A stretch of 64,000 bases of DNA, taken from assembly GCF_036669915.1 (NCBI RefSeq), contig NC_089313.1:5241331-5305330 (forward strand), written 5' to 3'. This DNA comes from Pocillopora verrucosa. Taxonomy: Eukaryota. Under the pieces are notes generated by a model, which had not been told where the DNA came from, made no database searches, and saw only the letters and a list, made by a program, of their open reading frames with translations. This document shows positions 39,101 to 51,080 of the stretch, piece after piece; the stretch's first letter is position 1, and each line of letters starts with the position of its first letter. A program made the translations under genes and the position numbers.

Positions 39101-40114
39101 CTAAGATTTTATTTTCGAGACGATATTTCGGTATGAAAAGCTGCTGAGAATCATATTAACACATCCCTCCTTCTGACAGACTATCCGAAAAGTTTATTGC
39201 CTCCCTTGAGAGTCAAAAACTGACCCTTTCATGAGTTGAGTGACGAAAAAGCAATCAAACGTGATGACAGTGATAAACTGATGAAACGGCAGTGAACTTT
39301 ATTTTAAAGACGATGAACAGGAAAACTCACTCACCTTGAAAAATTTAGAACCCTCACGACCAGCAAAATTTGTGTAAAGTCATTTGTGAAAAGTGGTTAA
39401 AAGCTGTGCAATAATGGAGGATTGTGTTGGAGAACATTTAACTGATCTTTAGGAATCGCACTTTTTTGTCACAGTCTCACTGTTAAGTGAATTGTCTACA
39501 CAAAAACTTGCTGATTACGTTTCTTCAGTCATAAATAACTTTATTTTGTTGTAAAACAATACTTGGTACAACCTGTAGAACGGACCCCCTACAGAAATCC
39601 ACCATACCTAGGCTCGCAGATTGTTCGGGAAGCCGATTTGTAGCACGCTATTCTGGGTAGAACTTAACTTAGCGACTAAGTACTAAAAATGCCGGCGTTT
39701 GAAACGGCTTTACGACAAGCCGTATAAAGAGGCTTCATAGAGCGCGGACATTGCCAAGATTCCTCCATTTCCCGCTTAGTTTTAAGCACCCCGTAGTTTG
39801 TTGAAAAAACAAAGTGACGTGGTTAATATAAGGCTTTGAGTCGGTGTGATCTGTCAGCCACTTTTCGCGTGCTGTCAACCCACGGCGCGCACATAAGTCT
39901 CTTTTTGTGCCCGAAAAAACCCCTCTGTCACCGTGAAATATTTTGGATCCTGGCACTTTGACACGCTGCCAAGGAAAAAGAGAAAACATTTGAAACTTCC
40001 GGCGTGACAGCTCGGGTCATCCCCTGATTTTTCGTATTTGTGTTAAATAAGACGGCTACTAAGATTTTCTTCCAGACGTCCGGCTCGAGCGAGAGCAACA
40101 ACACGTTTAGAGAA

Positions 40115-43100
40115 ATGGACCGCACGAAACGCCAAGGTTTGATGCTCGTTCTGGCGCTTAGTATTTCGCTGTGTTCATTAGCCAACGGTGCCTGTGTTCA
40201 GGAAGAAAACGGAGGTCCCGTTCATTGCTGTGATCAAAGAGAACATGGCGGTTCTCTTCAATGTTGCGGCGGCAGAAACAGCAGTTGTGGCATGGAGGAT
40301 TACGTTCATAATACTATTTGCTACTGCGATGAATTCTGTGAGACGGCCGCGGACTGTTGTCCTGATTTTGAAAGTGTGAAGAGACCATGCGGCTGGGGAA
40401 ATGGTAAGTGGCTAGAATTCTTCTCGCTTTGTTTTGAGGATGAAGGTCATTTCACAGCGATGTAAGTAGAATTAAGCAGGGTCTGATTACAATTTAGTCT
40501 AGCTATGGGTGAATCTCCGCTCGTCAAAGCCTCGTGATAAACCCAAAGTATCCTTTTTAAACCCAAAACGCGTCATTACATTCTGTTTATCTTACTCTCT
40601 TCTTACATTCGCTTGGGCATATTATGTGTAGTCTAACTTGGCCGCGAGTCACTATTGTTACTTGATCGATAAAATCTAAGCACTTATGGATGTTTTGAGA
40701 GATAAAAATAACGGGAACGAATGTACGCAGGCTGATTTGAATGTAGTACGTAGGCGAATCAAACAAGTACTGAGTATTTTATCTTTATATCGGAAGTTAA
40801 GACAATTAACCATGAATCAAAAGCACTGAGGGTTTGTTTAATCAGTGATGCATGGAGGAAGCTTTGTACCTCATGCATGAAAAACGTGTTGTACTCGTAA
40901 AACCGGGGATTTATTTTGAAAACCTGACTCTTGAGTACATGCAAATAGGCATGAGCACGGCTGCATGTTCAAGATCACTGCACGCGTGCGATATCCGTAC
41001 CCCTGCGCTTTAACGTCAAAGAACGGGGTTATAGATATCAGCAACTGCTCTCGAGTCTTCGTATCTACGATATCACTTTCACCAAATGCGAGCCTTTTCA
41101 AAGGCAACTCGATTTTATCGTGAAAACCGTGTGCGCTTAATTTTTGGGGATAATCTGCTGATCTCGACTTGAAAAAATTCCCTCTCTGCAAAATTAAACG
41201 TTGCAAAAATGATTTGCCTCATACATTTGAGTTAAAAAAAAAAAAAAACATCACGTGCTAATTAAGGGCAATTTCTCATTCTCCGTGTTCCGAACACTCG
41301 AAATAACCATCTTCAGATCATCAAACGTGTCCCTCCTCTAAGAAACTAAAAAAATAAGAACACTTAGACTTAACACCAAATTCATTCCAATGTTTGGCTG
41401 TTTAACCGAAATTCACAAAAAGTTTTTCTCAAGAGATATTTCATTCATCTTTAATGTGTTCCCACAAAATGCAAAAAAAATCGGCAACGAGCAGAATGAA
41501 GCTTCCGCAATATTTTTAGCTACCGGTGGGCGAATGCATCTTGTTAACTTGCAGAATTGATATTAAGTGGATATCATAAACTGAACAATCGTAATATAAT
41601 TTTTTCCATGTGTTACCATCCAGTTGCAGTCAAAACATGTACCTCCTCTACTATTTACAATTAGTCTGGTGAATGACCTTTTTACCCGGCAAACACTGGA
41701 ACAACAACAAAGAGACATTCCTGGAATTAAACAGTACAAGAATGAAAAAAAAAAAGAGAAAGTTTTGAAGTTGTTGTACCAACTTGTACACTAAGAATAT
41801 TTTCAAAACTAGACGATTGATATTGTAAGCTCATTCACGGGCCTGACCTTGTCGCGGTCAAGCCACAAAGTCTCTAATTTTTTGGCAGCAGATATTTCTT
41901 AAAAGGCCAAGAATTTTTTTGCAGGAGAAATCTCAACAGTTGCTATAATTAGAAACTTTTGCTTCTCCATTGTTCTTTTATTAATCTTTTATCATCAAAT
42001 TTGGACTTGACCAGAAAATTTAGTAAATCCTTAAATCAGTGCTCTTTAAGACATGTCGAGAGAGTTCTTTCGGTGTCCGGTTTATGAAAATTAATCCTGT
42101 TTTTATTCAAAGGACAAACACTCTGAAAAAAGACAGTTAAGGAGTTTATAATGAGCTTTTCGGAATGGCTTCACTCGCTAAAAGGACATCGTTAACAGAC
42201 CTTAACACGCTACCGTTGACAGCGTAATATTTTTTAGCATTCGTCGTTTTATTGGACTGGACCAACGAAACGGTAATTGCCACATCCCTTTTCTCGACTT
42301 CTTTTGAATTTGTGACGCCATTCACCTAATTTATTTTTTCCGTTATTAATCTTGGTAGTTTACATGTGACATTATATTTATCTCTAATTAAGTGGGATTA
42401 GACCAGATTATTGTATACTTATTGTAGAAAAGCCCATAATTCGGCTTAAATAATTAGATACAGTCGTCGATTTTTCCAGCCATCTCGCTCTTTCATCTTT
42501 AGATTACGTTCTTAAAATCTTTGTCGGTAAATATCAAATTGTTGTTTTAATTCTTGAAGAAGATGTTTGCTTTTCAGCGGTTTTCAGTTTTGGGAGACAC
42601 GCTTCGTGCCTAAAAAGGATATGTCAAACTTGTATGGATTTATGAACTGACTAAACTACTTGTTATCATCCTTTCTCTATCAATGCTGTCTGATATGGTT
42701 TCCTTTTTGAAAGTTTTAAAATATCCGAGATCAAGACACCAACAGTTCTATTAATAGTAAAGCTCTATATGTTTTCAGTGGAGCTAGTACTGACTAACTT
42801 AATCCCCCACCCTCCCCTCCCTCTCAAATGATCAGTCTCTCATTCATCCTTCTGTTAACCTCCTCTATCTACATATTGTCCTCAGTTGTTTGATTATCTC
42901 AAAACCATTCTCTGCTTCAATTCGTCCAAGACATAACAGAAACAGTCAATCTTCCTAGCCTAAGATAAACCCTCACCAAGTGAAGATGCCATAATTTCAT
43001 CGCAATAGTTCTTGATGATATAAACTTCTTCCAGAAGAAGATCTCTTTCTTCGCGGATAAACTCACGAGAAATGCAAAGTTGGTATAACTGTCGTGACAT

Positions 43101-46100
43101 AAAGTCGGGCGATTTTCACTCACCCTGGTACAAACTGAACAGACTAGAAATTCCTCCAGTACCATATATATTAAATAATATCAAGAAATTTGAGAAGAAA
43201 GCGAAGACAAGCGAACCCACCCGTAGAAAACGTCTCCTTCTGCAGCTTCCCCCCACGTAGCTCAAGCCCTATGAAAACACGAGTGGAACTTTTCCAATGA
43301 CGAATGACTGAACCCAAAACTAAATACATAATAAAACTGAAAACATTAAGTTTTTATAGGCTTTTTGTTCATATAAGAAACTGAATATTTTATTTCTACG
43401 AAAATTTAGAGCCTGGCAGCGCATGAGGTATCTTTTCTTTCATTGCTGATGATCCTTTGTAAAACAGCAAATTTTAAAGGCGAGGTTAAACTGTTCTATC
43501 CCCCCTCTCCCCTCTTCCCCCCTCCCATCTTCCAAATATATGCAGGTTAATTCCGTCTGTTTAAGGTGGCGACATACTTCGGATTAATTTGTAAAAAGTG
43601 GATTTTAAAATCTAATCTGGTAATTACCTTAACCTTTGCAGATGTGTGGTATCGATGAAGACCTTGTAACTAAGAAAAGATGCGGCAACCGACCAAAAAA
43701 TTCACGTTGAAAATTAATTAGGCATTTTTACAATAGAATCTTCACAAACAATGGTCACATTGAAAGCTCTCGAAATTCTTAATCACTCGTCATTTCTTTG
43801 GAAGTGTTTATGGTTTCGCTGTTCATTGTCTTTTCACATCTGAAACGCACAAAACAACGCAAATCTTCGTTCATGAAATGATCGGAATTCTGTTTCATTC
43901 CGGAGTGCTTTTGAGCGTGATAACTGAAAGTAATCCTTCAATGAGTGACATAAATTCCTACTCCGCTTTCATCGACCGCGACTTAAAATATGCACATAGT
44001 TGTTTGGCGGGCTGCTCCAACCACAAAAAATAAACGCTATTGCTATCATAGAAACATTCCCGACGGTCTTAATGAAATCCATAAGGAATAAGCCTGTCCA
44101 TAATTAATGCCAAGTGCCTTGATAAGCCTCTTCTCTTTAAATACCCCTGAGCTACTTAAGACCCTTCTTGAGGGCAGGAATGGTAAATCCTCAGCACTAT
44201 TGTACTGTCCCAAGATCTCATTGATAATTCTCCTTACTGTCTGCCATGAAATTCTTACAATGATTATTCCAGGAATTTAGAGTTGGATCAACTAAAAGGT
44301 TAACCCTTAACCCTTAGGTCCCCTTATTAATCATTCCCCGTCTTTTCATCACTTATATGCTTGATTTTGTATTGATATTGTGAGAAGGAATTTTTGTCTT
44401 GGTCACTCTTTAGAGTTTAAGGGTTAAAACTAATTAATTTTTTCTCTCCACAGGCCTACTGTTATAGCCTACCTATAAATATTTGCACTCTTAGTTTTTT
44501 TTTCCGGTTTTTTTCCGTATGAATCGTGCCTTGTATCTATTTAAAGAATGGATTTGAGAGTTATCTTATCTATCTTACTTCTTAATGACGGATTCTGAGG
44601 AATGATAAATGAAGTCTGGGTATGGTTTTATGGTTCTTTAAGTTCAATGGAATTGTGCGGATTCGTGCCCCTCGACTGGAACTTGTTGTTTCCTGCGGCT
44701 TGTGCGACAGAAAGTCACTTGAATTAAACTTAAAACGAACATTTTTCTCGTAGTAGACCGAAAGTTTGAAATTGGGGAATATTACTTGCGTTACGTCCTC
44801 GGTTTTAGCTGGGGCATATTCGATCACATGGTCAGTTAAGAAAAATCGAGAACGACCACAAATATTTGAGGATTATAATATCATTATCATTGTCATGGAT
44901 ATGGTGATAACCATTATCTTTAACGTCATCGCTATCGTCATCGTCGTAGTTTATGTTAACGTTGACCTTACCGTTATCATTATTGTTATTATAACTTTGT
45001 TCTCAACTTCTGTTTTGATATTAAACTCAATCAGAGGTTGCTATGAAATACAACAAACTTCATGCTTCGAGGCGTAGGTAACAAGTAACAAAAAATGGAC
45101 ATTGGAAATAGAAAAGTTATAATGAAAACTTCTATTTTAAACAAAAGTTTTCAGTAGTTTTCTTCAATTTTCTTGGCAGTGAAACAAGACTGCGTAGTTT
45201 CTCCATGGTCGGATTGGGGTCCCTGTAGTCCGCGATGCGGCATAGGCTTCAGACGGAGGACTCGGACTGTGACATTCCGACCAATGAACGGCGGAAGAGA
45301 ATGTCCTCCGCTTATAGAAAATAGTGGATGTTTTACAAAACTTTGTGGAGGCAAAGAATTAGGTAAGGAAGCTTCTGGAATTTCTTCTTTTTTTATGTTA
45401 TGTCTTCTGCTTGGAAAACAAAAATTAGCCATACAATGTAAATAGACAAGGCTTAGTTGGATTCTGCAACATCGTTATCTTCTGACTGAAAGTTATAGTT
45501 TTAGACTTAGACTCAAAAATCGCGAAGAATGCTCGAAAGTCCATCTCACAAAACGGCGTTAGAGTTTGCAGGTTAGGGCAATGTAAGGAAGAACGTCGAG
45601 TACTTCCTGAGAAAAACAGAACAATTGTAGTAGATACTTAAATTCATATCTCCATTTTCAGGTTTTGCAAGAATTTTACCCTATAAGTTCAAGAAAGAAC
45701 GCGCTCCTTCAGTGTGGGACAAAATCCTACCAGCGCCAAGGGAAGAAGTGAAGACGACGGAGGCACCAAAGAGGTGATGGGATTTTTTTTTTGTTCTACC
45801 TGCAAAATTCTTTTGCCATTGTCTCGATCTCGTTGCTTTGCCCGTTATAGTTTGCAATTTGGAAATTGGTTTTTCTTTTTGCAACTCGAAGATTCAACTT
45901 AAAATAAAACTGGCTCAAATAAGAAACGATTTAAAGAAACTGCGCGACTGCAATGGCTGATTTATCACGGTAGCTAATACTGGTTGTTAATGGTAGAGGC
46001 TGAAGCTATCGCGTTACTGTATAATGTTTCCACGGCATCATCAGGGAATGAAAATATTTTGCGTTCCACCCTAACTTTCGTAGCCAGCAGAACAGGCGCA

Positions 46101-47368
46101 TTTTTTGCGTTTTTGAGCGAACGGAGGCAAGTGCCAGGTAGGCGTAAAATGCGATTCACGCGCGAGGGAGGAGCTTCTACCCTCGCGCGTACCTAACGCT
46201 TCGCGCTTTGCCTTATTCGCCCCAAAAACGTGAGTTTATTGGTAGTAAGGTAGACCCTAGCTTATCCCTTAGAGCACCTCATATGCACCTACACTCTCCA
46301 ATATGTCATCTTTCTTTGTATACCTTTTCATTAGCATTGTCTGCCACTATATCACACCACAATATAGATAGCTGTACAACAAAAATGTTTTCCATCCCTG
46401 ATGACGCCGTGGATCTGCGACAGTTTGGAAGCTTATTTTCATTATTGAAACCATTTCACTATCAAGCTGACAGAATTATGCACGTATTTTTAATGGTTCT
46501 TACCGATGATCTTTCGAAGGACAGACGCATAGGTGACAATGGTGGTGATAACATCACCCACCGTAAAATTGAATATTTTTTTCCTTTACATGATAAAAAG
46601 CAAAATGCTGCTAATGATGACCTCATCTATGCGTCTGTCCTCCCATAGATCAGCGGTAAAAACCGATTAAATGCGTGTAGCATTCAGCTCAGCATATGAT
46701 TTTAAATTGTTACTGAAAGACAACATGCAACGGTTACTGTAAATATATTTCTGTAAGTAAGTAAGCGACTTTATTTAACTAGGGTAGTCCATAGGGGCCC
46801 TTGGGAATAAAGACATGTGCAATTTATAAAATCTAAAAAATTAGTACAATTTAAAAATTTCAAATTAGAGTAAAAATTATAAAAACTCTAAAGAACATTT
46901 AAAAGGCTAAAAATATACTAATATGACAAAATGATTATAGATTTCCAGAGGATAAAATTACAAATAAATATATTTAATTGTCAAACTTTTAAAATTACTC
47001 AAGGAGGGGGCACTCTGGTAATGGTTATCTTCGTACTATGTTGGATTATTTTGAAATTCTAACGAAGCTATTTTTGTTCTTTGTGTAGGCCAAGCTATTG
47101 TATACATTACAAGGTGCACTTCAAGCACCCGCACTGTAGAAATACCTGGGCAGACAAGCTTGACCCACAGACCCCAATCTGTGTTGAGTGTCAAGACGAG
47201 GCCATGAACAAGCACGGAAAGTGTAAGGGCCAAGGGCTTTTTGGGGATGTGACGTTGTGGGAAGCAGTCGACCTCAAAAGCTGTTACGGTGGCTGGCTGA
47301 AGATTGGGCCAAAGATTCCCAATTGTACGTGCCAAAATAAACAATTCAACAATTTTATATTTATATAA
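40115..47368 (+). CDS. SBSPON: Secreted somatomedin-B plus thrombospondin type-1 repeat protein (SBSPON / RPE-spondin-like); 4 coding exons, about 289 aa
   Basis: Exon 40115..40403 encodes a signal peptide (MDRTKRQGLMLVLALSISLCSLANG) then a Cys-rich SMB-like module (CCGGRNSSCGMEDYVHNTICYCDEFCETAADCCPDFESVKRPC). Exon 45180..45362 encodes a TSP1 repeat (SPWSDWGPCSPRCGIGFRRRTRTV...GGRECPP...SGC). Exon 45662..45773 (ARILPYKFKKERAPS...). Terminal exon 47089..47368 ends ...CQNKQFNNFIFI then TAA (47366-47368). Its Cys spacing and FIFI end resemble the SBSPON C-terminus as I recall it. All junctions are GT-AG with consistent phase. The ORF-track start at 40040 is a GTG; the first in-frame ATG is 40115. 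A TATAAA at 39724-39729 may mark the core promoter. Confidence 0.75.
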
Positions 47369-48094
47369 AAGCATTAGCAGTATTTAGCTCATATAATCAA
47401 CAGCTTGCTTCATAAGGTCAACCGAGATGACATCATCCTGAGCTCACAGTTCGGAGAACGCTGATACGTAGAACATTCGATTTTAGTTCCAGTCTCTTTC
47501 GACGCTTTCTGTTGATTCCATTGCAAGGCCAATGATTGAATCAAACGGCATTCATTTTAATTCCACTTTTAGAGACGCAATCCTTTCGATCGGAGCCATG
47601 TCTTGCAAGGTTGTATATAACCGAAAGCTAATTTGTACCGCTGATTTTAAAGGATCGCGGCTCTGAAGACGAGACTGCATTCATCGCGCTAATATTTTGC
47701 TCGAAGTCGATTTGCTTTTTAATTAGTAATTGCCTGGAAATTATCTAACTATAATCATCTTAGAAGGGCTTTTCTTGTAACGGCCGTTAAGGGCAAAATC
47801 AAGAATTATGCAAAATCGTAAACTAATTCTCATCCGATCGTAAAATCTTGGCTAGTTTTCCTGGTGATAAAATTTAGGAATTTAGGAGGCAGACTAATTG
47901 TATATTTTAGTTTTAGCTTTTTTTGTTTTATACGTTGTAACGTAAAAAAACACTAGCAGCATCTAAGCGTTGACAAATTAGAATCTTAAATTAACCCGTG
48001 TAAACCGCTAGACCCAGTTCCCCTGAAACTTTGTTATTTCCCTGAGAACAATTTTCAATTGGGCGTTGAAAGTATTCAAGGTTTACTTAACTTT

Positions 48095-48240
48095 TCTCTG
48101 TGATTGGTCCAGAAAACTCGCGCCATTCTCTCGTTCTCTCATTGGCTGTATAGGATATTTTCCATTCTTCTGATTGGCCAATGCGGATCCTTTGGTTTTG
48201 GTTTTGTGACACTATATCGAAAAGCGCACTTAAACCCTTA
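48095..48240. repeat. CCAAT-box-rich dispersed repeat, family D (tGATTGGtccagaaaactcgcgcc...ctcATTGGct...ggttttggttttgtgacact)
   Basis: Related copies: 26060-26170 (reverse), 36440-36660 (reverse; carries four CCAAT/ATTGG boxes), 49430-49500, 49690-49900, 57905-58150, partial at 23460-23530 and 48330-48400. Each copy carries 2-4 CCAAT (ATTGG) motifs. Confidence 0.5.
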
Positions 48241-50227
48241 AATTCCCAGATCCATTAAGTGATTCACCTCACTGTTGGCCATACAATTCTTAAGATGTTA
48301 GTTTGGAGAATTTGGTATTAGATCAACTAATAATTCCTTCAAGGATATTTTTCTTTCCTCGTTGATATTTTCCTTCGGTTTTGGTTTTACGACACTCTGT
48401 TGCGCTCAACTCTTTACTCCCTAACATCAATATACATATTCTCCGCACTGCTCCCTTTACATTTCCTAAGGTGCTGACAAGGAGAATTTGTTCAAACATC
48501 AAGAGCCTGTTTAGTTGGTGATCATCTCCTTTATTCTCATGACCTTAATCTTTCATTCAGGGGTGATATTGTTAGGAGAAGATGTTAGTCACTTTTAGGG
48601 GTTAAAGGTTAACTATTAAAACAGCCCGGCTTCTCCCAAAGCAACACCCCGCTCAGAACTGTTCCTTACCCCCCTGTGTCCTTAACTCTCAGGCACGCCT
48701 TAACCCTTTACATCCTAATATCAGTATTCATATTCTCCATACTGCTCTCTGTACATTTACTAAAGTGCTGACAAGGATAATTTGTTAAACAGTCAAGAGT
48801 TTCTTTAGTTGGTGATCATTTCCTTTATACTCATGACTTAAATATTTAATTTGGGGGATTACTATAAGGAGATATACGATTTAAGAACTTTTGGGGAGAC
48901 TCACTGGTTTACAGTTCAGAGGTGGCAAGGGTTTACGGGTTTGAAGTGAGTTAGTCAAATAGCATACGGCTTAAAAGTAGTTCAAGTGATCCATGCAGAT
49001 TGTAATTGATTGCACTGTACAATCATTTTGCTGTTATTGTTAGTAGAGATACAATTTTAATAAAGTGAAGAACTGAACACTTGTCATTATCGGTTACACA
49101 ACGTTTATTCGCTCGAGAGTGCATAATATCTGTATGACACAACTAATCTAACCTTTCAGCTGAAGTGACTTTTCTTGCACCATTTGAAACAAACTGCCAA
49201 GCTACAAAAACAAATGCCCTTTCAGCTTTCCATCTTTTCCTCCCTGCCTTCACTACTTTTGCGGCCTTTTTGCCATCACTTCGTTCACAAGCCCATGGTT
49301 CGATCAAATTTTTTTGGTGAATACAAGCAAATGAAGCTGGTTAATATTGTCTATCTTCCGATCTGTGCTCTCTTGTGGAACTACTTCTTGTTGGAAGTGT
49401 TCAATTGGGTGTCGATTGTAATCTAGGGTGCTTACCCCTCGTCTAGTGATTGGTCCAGAAAACTCGCGCCTATTTTTAGGAACGTTACGCGAAATCCTTA
49501 GCAAAAAGCAATGAAGGTGATTTACCGTGCAGCTTGAAAATTTCACGAGTCTATTTTTCAGTTCAATGCTTTTTTGTCTTTGGCGAAACGAATTTTTCCA
49601 GCTCGAGATGACAGCAATTTCTGTCGCCACTGTTCAGTTAGAGCAATTTCAGTTCAGTATTCCGGGTTTGCTCTGGTTTCACTCGACTTTGCTCTGCGAT
49701 TGATCTAGAACACCCGCCCTATTCTCTCTACCAATCAGATTTAAAACTCAAAACAATCGCGACTAAGTCACTCGCGTTTTCCCGCACCTCAAGCATTTTT
49801 CTTGTTTTCCAATTTCTCATTGGCTAATGATAATGGTAAACTTTTCTGTGAATGGACGCTGGAATTACTTTGTTCTTGGTTTTCCGACACTCAGTTCAAA
49901 ACTTCTCCATACAAAGGGAGCTGCACAGTACTGATTCGTAGATGAGTAACTCGAAATAGTCAGACCACGAATGATGCAAACTGACAATTCATTCACGTGC
50001 GAACTTTTTTACTTGACTCCATGTGGTACATATTTGCGGGATCTTTTTCAGCGGGAATCTACATTATCGGATCGATGAATATCAGATTATAAATGTCCAC
50101 GTTACGTGGTACTCGTTGACATGCACGTGCATCATCTCCTTAAAATCTACGTTTATGAGCCCCAAGAGCTATTGTAAGTCACAGAGGAAACTCCATAATG
50201 ATGTCAGCGCAATTTGGTATAGGGTGT

Positions 50228-50612
50228 CGTTTTTAAATTACCATTAGTCATGGTCATTAGCTCGCGTTTTACGTGAGCGCACGGCAAAACTTTTGGCCTG
50301 TTGACAATCCCTACTTAGAGGGTTGCAAAGCATGGGGTCCTGATCCCGTTCCACGCACGAACTTTAGAAAAATTTACGCTTCACGTGTATATTAAATAGT
50401 ACTTCACGCGTCCTGAATTTAAAAGAGGAAACTTCAACTTTCACCTTACCTTGCCTTTCTGTGAAACCCGCGCGTCACAAATTTATTTTGGGCTCAATCA
50501 CATACCACGCGAAAACCCTTTGCCACCCTTAAATTACGATTAGTCAAGGTCATTCGTTTGTGTTTTGCGTGAGGGCATGGCGAAGGTTTTGGTCCGTCAA
50601 CAAGCCCTACTC
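50228..50612. repeat. About 385-bp unit bounded by two direct copies of an 85-90 bp sequence (ttagtca.ggtcatt.g.t.g.gttttacgtgagcgcacggcaaaacttttggcc.gt.gacaa.ccctact.ag)
   Basis: Direct repeats at 50228-50315 and 50522-50612. The interior carries several CACGCG/CACGTG motifs (cttcacgtgtat, cttcacgcgtcc, cccgcgcgtcac, ccacgcgaaaac). Could be a solo-LTR-like or satellite unit; unclassified. Confidence 0.4.
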
Positions 50613-51080
50613 AGCATGACACAGGAAAAACACAAATGAATCACAAGATACCGAATGATCCTGTTTATTCACGTAATTTATTCACTACATTCCATTTCAA
50701 TAGCTGCGCTTTCATCCTTAATGAATTAGATTGCATCTCAGTTCTTTCTGATTAATGTTTATTGATTTTTCGTCCTGATTCCTTGCCACCCTTGTTATCA
50801 CCTAGAACTAGTATTGTCCTCTCTATGAATACACTTTTCGCTTTCACGCACTCGTCCATTAAAAAGCAATGTCAATTTTTGCCAGAAATGCTCTCTTGGT
50901 CCTTGGTGCATATCACGAAGGCAATCCATGTGGCATTCTTCTTCAATGTCGGCAAACAGTGACTGTAATGCCCTGGAACTTCCGCCGGCTATGGAATTCC
51001 TTGACACTATTCGGTCCTCCAACATCTCACAGTCGTGGACAGCTTCACCAAGACCAACCCTGATTGAAACAGGCCATTGG

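Noticed and set aside
40040-40114. ORF-track N-terminal extension MLNKTATKIFFQTSGSSESNNTFRE upstream of the SBSPON-like signal peptide
   Set aside because: The track starts this ORF at a GTG. The first ATG (40115) is immediately followed by a canonical signal peptide, so the extension is 5' UTR.
45173-45179. ORF-track start MAV... for the TSP1 exon
   Set aside because: Position 45173 is TTG, not ATG. The exon really begins at 45180 after acceptor AG 45178-45179 and is joined in phase to exon 1.
46208-46648. 146-aa plus-strand ORF inside SBSPON-like intron 3
   Set aside because: No homology, and it is out of phase with the flanking exons (45773 leaves phase 2; 47089 accepts phase 2 directly and reproduces the vertebrate protein without it).
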